A stretch of DNA of 64,000 nt from Pocillopora damicornis (GCF_003704095.1 NW_020843846.1:124001-188000); one strand, 5' to 3'. Shown: positions 11,281 to 59,508, counted from the first letter of the stretch. Made by a program: numbers and translations. The notes: generated by a model not told the origin, from the letters alone.

Positions 11281-12808
11281 TATCAGTATAAGCTGATGAC
11301 ATAAGAATATCATTTAACATGATTATCTACATAGTTAAGACACGCAATTCTGCTGGTGTTTCAAAATAAAAGTACCGCTCAGATAAACGTTCAATAGTTT
11401 TGCCAAAAAGCCACAACAAGTTGGCACTGCAATATTTGACAGTTTTTTTTTTTATTTTTGATTGCACAAATTTGCTCGGACTGTTTGAGAAAAAAAATCG
11501 AATATGTGGAGGAAGTTGTATGTGTATTAATGATAACCCTAGCTTACAACTGTTCTTTTTGCGTTTCGGTTTTTTACGCAGTTAAAGTGTTCTTGTTGCC
11601 AACTTTAAACTCACTTTTTATGAAATATTCCAAATGAAGGGCGGCGCTTATTCTATAATTACTACTACAGGAAAATTTGAAAATGACTGAACATAGAATA
11701 ATTTGAAATTCAACATGAAATCTCGACTGACCCGATCGAACGGTTCTGATGACTGTAAAATTATTTCTTTGAATGCATCTATCGTGACTACTAAAAACCC
11801 TGCACACAAAAGCGATGTTTATCTGAATTAAAAATATTTCTAAAAATTGAAATAATTTTGTCAAAAGCAACACCGCAAATTATACTTTTGTAACAACATA
11901 ACAATGATGCTCAACTATATTTTTAAGACAAAAACTCGTAAATATATTTTCACGAATATTTGCTACAGATCGCTTTTTTTTGTCTGTTATATCACTCTGA
12001 TGAGTCATGCCATAAGAAGAGTTCTGTACGCGTAAAAAATTTGCACATTAAAAATAAAGTTTTTTTTATTGACTCTGGACTGGATATTATTCATTCAGTA
12101 TATTTGTTTATGAAAGTTTGCATAATATATGTATATCTATATATTTTTCAACCTGTGTTGTCCAAAAGGTGCAAGTGGGAAGCTCTCGCACAAAAAAAAG
12201 ACGATTCTAATCTTTGTGGGAAGTGGATTTTCTGAACCTATTTTTTTTTATAAGTAGTCACTAAAAACTACGTAGGTAAACACATGTATTTGCTTATGAC
12301 TTGTTAAGAGGTTGAAAAAAACCCATAAAGACCCTAAGGATGATTAAGAAATTTGACGCGGGATTGAATTTTACTTCTCAAACATAGCTGCGTTATTGAT
12401 TTTCTCGTCAAATTCAGCAGATTTACTTTATTGAGGAATTTGGTAAGCTGTAATGGAGAACAGATACGTTTATTCAAATGCTGATGCATTGCGCTTCAAC
12501 TCGCTAGAATCATAACTATAATTATCGTAATTTTAAATGCTAATGAAGACTTCTTTGATAAGGCCATGTAACACTTGACAACGGGAACAATACATGTCCT
12601 GTTCGGTAACCAAAACAAACTGCTGAACATAAGGGACTAGAATTAATTTGGAAGAGAAAATACAATATTTAAAATGTCCTTATTCTTAACAGTGTGCAAA
12701 ATTAAATTTATGTTTAGCTAACAACAAAGCAAATCACACATTTTCCCAGTACTTTTAAAGCCACCGCCACAGTTTATTTGTGATATTTTCCGCTTGAGTA
12801 GACAGGTG

Positions 12809-12830
12809 TACTTACGAGCGCCATCTTGAA
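12809..12830 (-). promoter_or_regulatory. YY1-like motif (CAAGATGGCG) about 140 bp upstream of the ABCA ATG, antisense to ABCA, followed by a GTAAGT donor
   Basis: Minus strand reads CAAGATGGCGCTC|GTAAGTAC. Confidence 0.45.
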
Positions 12831-12967
12831 TTTTAAACACGTCAGTCATGCGCTAGTGGGCCATAAATAAAAAGCGAACACCTCAACGTAGTTCCGCCTT
12901 AGTCTGCTGAATACACGATGGAAATGACGTCCTAACTTTTGGGTCAATTTTTCGTTTTCTTTCGGCC

Positions 12968-42353
<29,386 letters not shown>

Positions 42354-44016
42354 TTTTTCAGGAGGACATTGACAAGACTTAAAATTAGTCCTGGATTTTT
42401 TTGGTTTAGGTTCTGACGCTATTACAGGATTAGTAGTTAATCGAATTTTCGATTCCGCTGTGAATTTTTTTCTTTGTGGGTTTGATGTCTTGGAATCTAA
42501 AGTATAGAAATCGAAGACACAACCTTCGCTGAAAAACTTCAGTCCTACCAAAACAACTCTCATCTCACCGGTATATCACTAAAGCTTAGAAAAGAAAGAT
42601 GAGATAGCTTCATCTGTCTTTAAGCTCTCCAGATCTTTTTTGTAACTGTCTCTTCTAGCCCCAATACATCTAATTGTAAATTAATAAGAGAATTTAGTGT
42701 TTTAAGAAGATAACACACTCTTGTCGATAAATTTGTTTCTTCTTATCACCATTTTGCTGAGTAATGTAGAGTTGTTCGAAAGTGGAATATGCATGTTTAT
42801 CACTTTGGAATTTTAAGGATCGATTTTGGAATGATATCTGCTCGAATCTCTTTGCTGGGCAAAGTGTTTTTTAGATTGCACTTTTTTTTGTTATTGCACC
42901 ATTTTTGTTATTTAATTTACTTTATTTATGTATTGTTGGTTATTACAATACCAACGCGTTAGTTTAAAATCTTATTACAATCTTAGATTAAGAACCACGT
43001 TCTCTTTCTGAGATGTTGATAAAGTGACTTTGAACGAAAAATTTCCTTATGGCATGTACGATATAATTTTTCTTAGTTTATTTAATCCTTGCGTGCACAT
43101 CCTTGCTTGAACAAGGTTGTAATTGTAAAATTTTAACATAGAAACTTCTCTACTTGATAATAAGAGAAAACCGTGTGTTCGAGTTAAAATATACTTTTCT
43201 CTGTACTGATGTTGCATCAAATATCTAGTTGTGCCTTCAATTGTCTTTGGGAGCGAATTTATTTACCAAGCAAGAGTTTCTTAAGCTGGTGATCATTCAT
43301 TTTATTCTCGTTTTTATTTGAAAAGGACACATCTCACGCCCAAACATTCGAAACCCAAGTTGAAAGCGACAGTACGTGACGCATTTTAAGTCGACGTTTC
43401 CAAAAGCCTCTCTTGTCCCCACAATAAATGGAGCATTACAAAAACGATACGTTTCCATAACACTCTTCTTTTCGATCAATTTACAAAAGTACCCGTTGTT
43501 ATCAGCGTTTAAATGTGGATGATAGACAAATACACACCCTGAAGTATTTATATTTCGGAAGAAAACGTATTTGTGTGGATGGAGCTTAAGAAACGTGTTT
43601 GGAGTGAACGTCAAAGAAGAGCCACACAGAACCAGTCTTACCTCCTAAGAAGAAATTCGCTAACCTGTTGGTATACTTAACACGGAATGTTCCCATTTGA
43701 TTAGCTCACTCTGATGGCAGAGAACAGCCATGAAAAAAATTCAAGGGAAGAAAACTTGTGAGTTGAAGAACATCTTTTTACTCGAAGATGACATTACATG
43801 TAGACGCCAATCGAGATACCTTTATTAACACAACGCGTAAATTATTAAATGTTAACCATAAAATCATATTTACATTGTCAAATTTCTGCACTTCTTTCCA
43901 TAAAACGCATCCAAAACTCAAATTCAAGGTTCCCCTCAAATCATACTGGGCTTCGGGAAAACGTTATTAAAAAACAATTGAATTTGTCCTCCATATAAAA
44001 TTAGATCTTGTTCACT

Positions 44017-50027
<6,011 letters not shown>

Positions 50028-50087
50028 CTCAGTGTTATTCTAAATTTCGTTTTACAAAGAATTAAATCAAATGTTTACAACAGGATT

Positions 50088-50112
50088 TCATCCACAGCTG
50101 TCCGCCATATTG
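50088..50112 (-). promoter_or_regulatory. YY1-like motif / short uORF (MADSCG*) in the GPATCH2 5' region
   Basis: Minus strand CAATATGGCGGACAGCTGTGGATGA; its ATG is 81 nt upstream of the main ATG. Confidence 0.45.
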
Positions 50113-51473
50113 AAAAGTGCAAGTGTTAGTTCCCAGTCTGCCCCTATTACTTCAAGCTCACAATATTCAAATTGCCGACTTGTTTATGTATCTTGACAAA
50201 GGAGAGTTTTGTTTGGATTGGGGTTTCCAAGGAAATTTCAATGAACAATTACGGCTCTATTATGCTTCCCTACGTAGGAAGCAGGAGGTGGGAAGCCTAT
50301 GATTGCTTAGTGCGTTATCATAATCCCAGTCTGCCGAAGATTCTCAGATTTAGCGAAGGTAATCTACCCCAAACGACTGATCTTTGCTGCAGATTGGAAA
50401 ACAGGTAATGGTATTTGTTGACTGGATCAAGAAGGTCGCAAGGGAATATATTTGTCATGGCAGAGAGCGAAATATTTTCCCATCCGGTCCGACCTGACTT
50501 ATCTGGGCATTTTGTCATATGGCAGTCACTCTCTTAGACTGACATGGTAAAGATTGTTAGTTACACATGACGATCAAATTTCAACTCGGCATGCAGTTCT
50601 ATTATGAAACTGCATGGCGACAAGCGCAAGAGAATGTAAGCATTACCACTCGAGGCTATCGCAGTTACGACAATTACAAGCTTGCAAATACACTAAATTA
50701 CAAGGGCCCAAAGACACTAAAATAATTCAGATCAAGTGTAAATTCAGAAAGCAATTCATTGCTAAACTTAACAGCGGAAATATATACAACGGCGTAATAT
50801 GTGACTTTAAACACAGTCCATGTACTGTAAGATTTTACGCCACTAACTCAGTCGGTAGATTCATTATAATAAATTAATATAAAATTAAATTATTCACTGA
50901 CGTAAAATTTACATTATATATATATCACCGACTGGAAGAAATTACGCTTAATAACGACCCTTCTGAATCTTTTGTTATCCATTTTGTTGTGGCAACTGTG
51001 AGCGACAACAAACTTAGACTCTAATCTCAGTGATAAGGTGTGATCATCTTTTTCCTATCAGACCAGTTGTCCATGCTACAAAATTTTAGCCCTTCAACTC
51101 CCAAGATTCGATAGTCTATTCTTCCCTCCAGCTATGACACACTTGTAAATTGGTTATGAGAATTTGGTGTTAGATCAAGCAAATATCTGATAAGTCTGAG
51201 TATTCTCATTACCTATTTGCTGGGAAAATGTATGGATATTTGAAAGAGAAGTTACATGGTAATCACCTCTGGCAGTTGAAGTGTGGACTCTAATTTTTCA
51301 CTTGATTTTTCTTTATATTTCAGAGTCATGAGATGTCAAAAGTGACCCTAGATGTGCCTGTTATTCAGGCATTTTAATCTGCATAATTCATCCTCCATAC
51401 CTGATACTTCTGTTAGTAAACTTACGGGAAAGCAAGGCCATTATACACAGTCTAATAACAACTTGATTCTAAA

Positions 51474-54400
51474 ATGGGTTGTGCCCCATCCTCCCAAAGT
51501 TTTCAAGTCCACGAAAATGAAACCCGTCTTTTGCAAGAAATAGACCGTCTGCGAAGTATAGAGCAGTCACGCCAGGCAGAAATCAGCAAGCTGCAAGTAG
51601 AAAATGAAAAACTGCGACAAGGCCAAGTGAATGGTGGGTATGCAATGATAAAGCGATCAGACTCTCCTGAAGACGACGGCCATGAAATGTTAGTGAAGGA
51701 GATTGAGAGATTGATATTGGAGCAGAGTGAAAAAGAAAATGAACTCAGTGAACTGAGGAGGACAAATGAGCAGCTGAACTTAACTTTGCAACAAAGCCCA
51801 CCTCAAGTTCAGGTATTTAACAATACACAAACCTGCAAACACTTCCTCAGGGTCTAAAAAGTGTGGTCACAATGAATTGATTTAACCAATTTAAACTGAT
51901 GATCTTGGTAAAAAAAACTGAATGAACTTTCACTATATTCTGGGTACAAAAAAATAATCCAAGTTGTAAATTGTCGTTGTTGTTGAAGGGTACCACATAG
52001 AATTGGCTTTGTTACATTCAGGATACATTCAGGATTGATAGGATTGGATAGGGGAGTGGGGATGACACAGTGGTGAGAGGGCTCACCTCGCACCACTGTG
52101 GTTTGGGTTCAATTCCTGGATCTGGGGTCACATGTGGGTTGAGTTTGTTGTTGGTTCTCATCCTTGCCCATAGTGTCTTTTTCAGGGTCCTCTGGTTTTC
52201 CCCCCTCCACAAAAACCAACATTTCTAGTTCCAAATCAGTCTCAAAAAAGTAGACAAGAAGAACCACTTAATGGAATGTCCAATGCTAAATTCCTATTTA
52301 TTATTTATTTAATTAATGGAATGGAATGAGCATCTCTAAATTTGGATCGCAATGTGTTTTCATTCATTTTAAACAAAATACCATTAAAACACAGATGATT
52401 GTGTTAAAGCTGTGAATATGAAGAAAATCCAGCAATTATGAAGTTACACATGTAGATGAAATACACACCAAACATTATTTGTGTGTAGTCCATGACATAC
52501 ACAGTGGGTGTCAGATTCAACCTTCATGATTTTTGTCACTATGTTGTCTGAATTGTAAACTTGGCCTCAAGGATTTGAATTCTGACTCATCCAGCTATAT
52601 ATTGCCTGTTTGTCCCCAAACCAATCTACAAGGTGGTAATAGGAATTTTAAAAAACTCTGCTATTCTTCAAGGAGACTGCTTTTTGGTTAGCATAATGCC
52701 CAAAACGAGACTTACTTGTGATGGATAACTGTACAATATAATTATTCTTTTGCAGCAGTTTGTTAATAAGAACAGAAATCTTCCAAAAGTTGGAGATCCA
52801 GTGAGTATTTAAAGGATTAATTCTAAAGCTTCATGAAATAATCTTTGTAACTGTATATAGTCATATTGAGGATCTCTCACTTTGTGTGGTACTAAATTTA
52901 CTTATATTTTCTATGGGAAAAAAAAAAGACAAAAAAATTAATTCATGAGGGTGTCACAATTACAGTAGACCAATTAGTTTTCATCATGGCCACTGATTAA
53001 AAACACACAGATAACTGGAAAAAAATAACGCAAATAAAAAGGTTCCATGATTTAAAACCCCAACTGGCTGGAGGCAAACCATTTGGCTATTTTTAAGTTG
53101 AGTCAAGGGTTTTGGAAAAATACTGGTAAGATATTAAAAACTTTGAGGAGTTGAAGCGTCAATGCCAACTCCCCCCTATNNNNNNNNNNNNNNNNNNNNN
53201 NNNNNNNNNNNNNNNNNNNNNNNNNNNNNNNNNNNNNNNNNNNNNNNNNNNNNNNNNNNNNNNNNNNNNNNNNNNNNNNAGTCAGTCAGTCAGTCAGTCC
53301 GTCAGCCAGACAGTCAGTCAATCAGGCATTCAGTCAGTCGGTCGCTCTGTCAGTCAGTCAATCCATGAGTGAAACATAAGGATGGGCAGTTATTCGTTAG
53401 GTTGGACAATCACTTAGTTGTGACACCTATCGTCAGCTTTATTCACAATCACCGATTTGCTGCTGGGTTTTATGGGAGTTTTCGCGAACAAAGTACATCC
53501 AAAACAATATGCATCAACAAGTACTTACATGTTTGGCTTTATGTGCATTCTCTGAATTCAGCCAGCAATAACTGATAAACACGTCAGCGGAATCTCGGAT
53601 TCCAGCGTCCGAGGTATCTCCAGCACTTGGCAAATCTGGAAAAATTTTAAAAAGTTCAAGTCACTTTGTGAACTTAATAGACTGACAAATTTAGGTTGAA
53701 ATATAGAAACAAGAATGGACGTTACGTTTTAAATGTTAACCTTATGGATGAAACTTCGTGTGACCATTCAAATGAAACCTCGTGAGCAATATTTTTATGC
53801 GGTACTGTTTATTATGCTTCTCGTGCTTATTCCAACGTTTGAAATTGAGGACAAACCCTTGTATGCGACCATCTAAATGAAAGCTATTGGACAGTACTTT
53901 CACATGTGTAACTGTGTATTACGCTGTGCAAGGTTGTTCTCACTTAAAATTCTGTGGATGAACCCCTTGCATGTCGCTATTCAAAAGGAAGCTACTGTGG
54001 GGTAGAACTGTTTTGTTACGCTAGACAAGGTGGCTGTAACTTTAAAGTCGGTTGGTACTATCCTTGTATGTGACCGCAAAAATACAAAACATACCTTGAA
54101 CGCTTCCCAATTCTTCGGGAAATTTAACTTCAGGCACGCTCTTCTTAACAGCTCGCAGAAGCTCTGTCATCTTAGAATCCTGTACATCTCTGTTGCTGAA
54201 GTGAATGTACACTTCACCGGCAATAAGCAAACCCACAACTGTCATCATCCATTCGAAAGATCCACTGCCTACTACAACGGGAATAACCGGTTTTCTCGCG
54301 GTCTTCTTAGCATACTGGAACTCTTGACGGCAAATTTCATCCCTAGAAAGAAAAAAGATGGTTATAAGTGGTGATAAGGAAACCAGATTTTCTTGGTCCG

Positions 54401-56519
54401 TGAAGGAGCGCTTTATTCTGCAACAATCACACGCGAAACTGAACGTCTTTGTTGCAGATGTTGCAAGAAACTGCGAACGAATTCTCGGGCCTGCCTCACC
54501 ATACTGACATGTACACTTAGTTGTGGTGTTAGTTTTGAAATCTCGATGGACAGCTGTAAAGGCGACCAGGTTCCTTGGATAATCTTGAAAAGAAAAAACT
54601 AGGTAACAACGCTCCAAACTACGACAGTTTTGGTCGCTATGTCGACTCGAAAAAAAGGTTTTGTTGACTAAATATGCNNNNNNNNNNNNNNNNNNNNNNN
54701 NNNNNNNNNNNNNNNNNNNNNNNNNNNNNNNNNNNNNNNNNNNNNNNNNNNNNNNNNNNNNNNNNNNNNNNNNNNNNTTTCATAACTCAATGGGAAATTT
54801 CTCTCTCTACAATTAAACTCCTTTGCCTGATTCTAGTGGATGCTATCTCTTGTTGAATCAATTCAGCCCTAAGCTGATTCCTGTGTTCCTGGACTATTAA
54901 AATTCTACCTATATTTAGTAACATCATGGAATTCTGAAAACGATCACCCTTGAAATGAACGAACAACCATTCAGATGTAAAAGATAACGCCAGGCCTCTT
55001 TCTTACACAATATTAAACTTGCAGTGACTAATCTTTACACGGCAATTTTAGGGAGGCCATTTTGCCTCTACTTGGTCACGCAGAGGAAGCGAGAAGCTAC
55101 CGAGCGCCTGTCATAGGCGATCACGTGATCTCTCATCACCAACAATGGGCTTACTACGCGGCGACCATTGTGAGCTTCGACCGCGAGACTTTGAAATACA
55201 CAGTGGACTGGGACGATGGAGATCCTACAGGGAAAGTCCAGTCATATAAGGTATGCAGAGAAATTAGGTGCATCTTGGGTAAAAACCGAAGTTGGAGAGA
55301 AATAAAGAAGTTTTGATTGTTAAAAAAATCCTCCCTGACAGCTGCTTAAGAAATGTATATGGAATAGTATGGAGAATGTGGATTCTGATGTTAGAGTGTG
55401 AAGGTCAAAGCCAACCTGAACTCTGGTTTACTTTAGGACCTGGCCATTGACAAGATCCCAAGTGAAGACCAAGTGGGTGTGGACTCCATTGTGTTTTTCC
55501 CCCAGGGAGGTTACGGAGCTACCGAGGGGAATAACACCGGGGGAGTCAGATACCATGAAGGAGTCGTCACACGTGTCTACAAGGTTTGTCATAGCTTAGT
55601 GTAAAATGATTGAATGGTTCGTTGGATACACGTTCAATCCTAATTTTAATAACAGCCATTTTGATAGGCTCTATTTCCGCCGCTCTCTCGTTTCCGGTCC
55701 TCGCTCCTCCCCGAGAAGAGAGTTCGGGGATGGGAGAGAGGGAAGGAACGCGGGCTCATATTCCCGAACAGCGGCTGGTAATCGAGACTAACATTTTGAC
55801 ACAAGCAGTATCATGATGTATAGAACCGAGAATAAGCCTGAGTCTGAAAATTCGATGATCTTCAAGATAGTGTGAGGAGTACGATCGGATAACGGTGGTG
55901 TGTCAGAAAGGTTGCGTCATTGTAGTTCAATTCAACCCGCTCAGCTCGCGCGCGGCCTTAACGCAAACGACACGCGTGAGAGAAATCAGACACGCTCCGT
56001 TTGTTTCCCTCGCGTCTGACTTCTTATTGGCACGTGTTCTCCGGGAGCCTGCCCTCATTATTAGTGCTTTGGCACGAGCGTTTCTTAGCCCGCAGGAAAG
56101 TGGCCATCCTTGAGCAAAACGAGCCAAGGAGAGGTCTGCAAGGGGTCTGGCACTAGTAGTGCCAATCCTTCAGCGATCTTCTCCCCGACTTGTCTAAAAT
56201 TTTCCCGCGGGCGGAAAATGCACGTCCCGCAGCACTAATGATGAGGGTCTGCTCTCGGGCAAGACAAAAAAATTTCAGAATTAACAGTAGACGCCCTTAT
56301 CGCAACCTTTTTAATTGAATCGGTTTTTTTTTTAATTCTTTTTAGGATTCCTCTGGAGCCTGCCTATATGATGGGCATCACACCAAAGGAGCAGAGGACG
56401 GAAAATGGGTCACTTACAAAGATTACAATTACAACTTCAATGGCATACCTCTGCAAATGCTTAGAATCGCTCCCAACGCCATGGATGCACTCATGGCTTG
56501 CAAGGAGGCCTTTAGTTGA
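51474..56519 (+). CDS. Uncharacterised protein: MGC lipidation motif, coiled coil, (gap) and C-terminal tandem Tudor-like domains. Exons 51474-51812, 52756-52800, [gaps], 55052-55250, 55437-55583, 56346-56519
   Basis: MGCAPSSQ start; heptad-rich exon 1; exon 2 ends LPKVGDP. Later exons read PVIGDHVISHHQQWAYYAATIVSFDRETLKYTVDWDDGD, VGVDSIVFFPQ...RYHEGVVTRVYK and CLYDGHH...LRIAPNAMDAL*. Junctions are GT-AG and in phase. Joining the two halves across the gaps is inferred. Confidence 0.75.
52051..52310 (+). mobile_element. tRNA-derived SINE
   Basis: A box TGACACAGTGG, B box GGTTCAATTCC, body TGTGGGTTGAGTTTGTTGTTGGTTCTC...TTTTCCCCCCTCCACAAAAACCAAC and an (ATTT)n tail. Confidence 0.75.
53280..53362. 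repeat. (CAGT)n microsatellite at a contig end
   Basis: Directly visible next to the gap. Confidence 0.9.
53529..54342 (-). CDS. Two spliced exons (54342-54095, 53635-53529) encoding the C-half of one TIR-like domain and the start of a second
   Basis: DEICRQEFQYAKKTARKPVIPVVVG...W..TVVGLLIAGEVYIHF (TIR alphaC-betaD-betaE) splices in phase 1 to DLPSAGDTSDAGIRDSADVFISYCWLNS (TIR box 1). Splice sites are canonical. Confidence 0.8.
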
Positions 56520-58260
56520 AATTTCTTCAACATCTCGTGTTTCTTAGTGTTTGAATATTTTGTACGGTCTCCTTCGCGGTTGTCTTTTGAGATATCACGC
56601 GATGCTCTTCCTCCACCCCCCTCTTATCTCTCTTCCCTTTCAAATAAAGAAGACGAGCGTTGCGTGACAATTCAGAGAAGACGAGAAGCATTGTTCGCGC
56701 CAGCCGGAATAACTACCCCCCGTTTATAGGCCCTCTTGACACCCTTTACGAAGTAGTGTATGCCCAGGGCTGACAAGCGCTAGTTAACGGTATATGTTTT
56801 TTTTTTTTTATGGGAAATGGTTGTGAGACAGGTGTTAAGCGCATGAAACGTTTGTACACCAGAGATTCAGTATTTTACAAGGTTTAATTTACAGTCAAAT
56901 TATAGAGTAAAGGGGGTTTCAATGGAGTGATAAAATTTTGGCCAATTTACGGCAAAGGTTAATACCTTTCAACCAGAAATGTTTTTACAGTTAACTTTTT
57001 TTACAACATACGGCTTAATGTCTTGGTCACTTTACGGGTAATGGTTAACCCCTATTAACTATTAAAAGGCAGGCCTTTTCTAATAAACTGAAGAGTAAAT
57101 ATTTGTTTTGTGGAAAGTCCAATCTAAACCAAAATAAATTCAACCTTTGCCCTCTGTACTACATTGTACAATATTTGCCGACTAGTTTATTAACTACTGT
57201 GCAAGTGGTAGAAACGAGAATTACAGTTGAAGTATCAAAAAACGTAAAGTCTCTTCACCCCTCCCCCCTCGGTGAGTTGAAACAGAATCCATATGACCTT
57301 AGCTAGATCATTTCTCTTGAGAGGGGACAGGTAAGCGGGGAACAAGTGAGTGAATTACTCTCCTAATATTCGAAAAGAAGTTACAGGATCTGAAGACAGT
57401 TTCAGAATGTCTCTGGGTTCTCAAGTGCTGTTCTCTTTCGAGGGAGCAAACTGGAGACATCTCGAGCGTGTTCGTTAATATTTGCTTAATTTTGTGTCCT
57501 TTTGAAAACAAAAATTTCACCTTGAATGACCTTTTTTGGCTGACAACATCGCCCATCCACTCCCCTACTGGACCACTCATCATGCGCGATTCTTGACAAC
57601 CCTTGCGTGAAGCTGTCACAGCTAAGCTTCTCAAGTGAGTTTGGTGCTCTAATTACATTTATTAGGAGCAAGATCTTGAATTTCATCGTCTTGACGTGAA
57701 AGCAAGGTTTGTGATGAATAATTTTACAACTTTGTAGTTGATTATGAATACTGTAGCGTACCATTTGTAATGAATAAAGAGGCTGAATTGCAAATGGAAA
57801 TATGGTGCCCACAGATGGAGGTCTTAGAAGATAATTTGGGTTCATTATGTTAATCGGCCATAGTAGAGAGATACTGAGACAATTCTTAAACTGGCGTTTC
57901 AACAGTTAGCCCTTCGTCCGAGCGAGGAAGGCCTACTGCTCGAAACGTCAATTCAAGAATATCTCTGCGGTGTCCAATTTACGTTGTCACCTCACTGTAA
58001 AAAACCAAATATGCAAATCACATTTTCGGTGTTCTTGGATTAATGTCCGGTTCGATTTTTGACGTTTTTTAAACAATGCTTCATGGAAACGACCTTGGAA
58101 CAAAAACCATTCGATACATACATCAAGAGTTTTTCTTCTCTGGTTCCAAGACAGTAGATTCATCAGTCCGAATTGTATCATACAGTGTAATTTAAAAAGT
58201 ACACGGCGAACGCAGTTTCCCTGCCTGAAGGAGTTTCGTAATAATTTATTCGAGTTATTG

Positions 58261-58666
58261 CACAGGCCGCCGAAGTTCACGTCTCGAGAAAAAGCCAACG
58301 ATGAATTCATGAACGCGTCACGCGTTGTGTGACTCGGTGTTAAGTTACGGGAGGAACCGTTGAAAATTTGAACACGTTATAAGGAATAGTATTAGGAACG
58401 AAATATGGTCGATTTACAACGATAAATATTTCGAAATATGAATATTTTACACGTAAAATCAATAAAAACTTACTCATGCCCTGTGTATCCGTCGTAGTTT
58501 CTAGCGATTTCTGCTGTTTTAAGCTTGCTTTACTATCACTGTTATCCATGTCAAAAGACGAAGTTCACGGTTCCTCCCGTAACTTAACACTGAGTCACAC
58601 AACGCGTGACGCGTTCATGAATTCATCGTTGGCTTTTTCTCGAGACGTGAACTTGGGCCGCCTGTG
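58261..58666. mobile_element. 406-bp MITE with ~100-bp near-perfect TIRs and a 7-bp TSD (GTTATTG); P-superfamily-like ends
   Basis: CACAGG...CCTGTG termini; GTTATTG at 58254-58260 and 58667-58673. Confidence 0.9.
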
Positions 58667-58850
58667 GTTATTGCACTTGGGGTGTGCATATATGATTTCT
58701 GCGTGTGGCAAATAAGATTAGGACGAAAATATCTCATATCTCAGCATGAAACTTAGTGTTTGTGATTGAATCGTGAATCGAAAGGCTGGATGGTTTGACC
58801 TCAAGGGCGCGATAGTATGAAATTGCACAATATATGAGTGTTACTGAACA

Positions 58851-58925
58851 GAGTAACGCAGTAACGGGTAACGCAGTAATGAGTAACGCAGTAACGAGTG
58901 ACGCACTAACGAGTAACGCAGTAAG
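58851..58925. repeat. 15-bp tandem repeat (GAGTAACGCAGTAAC)n, about 5 copies
   Basis: Directly visible. Confidence 0.85.
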
Positions 58926-59508
58926 GAGTGAAGAAGAAATGAGTACCGAGTAACCTGGTAACAACTTAATGGCAAAAATGCTACAAAGTTTTAAAATGAT
59001 TTAAACAAATTAAGAGAGACCCAGAAACGACAAGCAAACTTCGACAGGAGAAAAGAATTATTTCAATCAAGAGAATATATTCTCATGTTGAAACAGATTA
59101 GAAAAGATGAATTTAAGGAGAAAAATTAAGCGTGGAGGTTATTTTGATATTGCGGTGTTGAGACGAGTTTGACAAAGGGATGCGCCTTTGGAATCACGGG
59201 TTTTAAAAAGATTTTTTCTAGTGTTATGTGTATGCTTTTTTGTTGTTTGTTTTTATTTAATTATTTTTTCAATTATTTAGAAAATAATACTTGGTACTCC
59301 TGATGGTTGATATGGATATTTAGCCGCCACACACCATAATCCTTATAGAACTGAAGACGCATCGTGCACTCCAATTGCTCTCGCGCATCCTCGATTTGTT
59401 TACTAAGAACGTGTGGAAAGATTGATAGTTAACTGAGCAAAGTTTTTTAATCAGTCTGACTTATAAATTTATTTTACTTTGTTTTTCCATTCGCTCAGCT
59501 CTTGAGAA

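Noticed and set aside
43297-43614. 105-aa minus-strand ORF
   Set aside because: No ATG start and no recognisable motif. It lies in the convergent 3' UTR region of ABCA and GPATCH2.
52051-52125. tRNA gene (also ~24380-24450 and ~22790-22860)
   Set aside because: A and B boxes are present, but the cloverleaf is broken and the sequence continues into SINE bodies.
54343-54617. N-terminal half of the 191-aa minus-strand ORF as coding sequence
   Set aside because: It lies upstream of a strong acceptor at 54343, has no TIR-like motifs, and is probably intron read-through.
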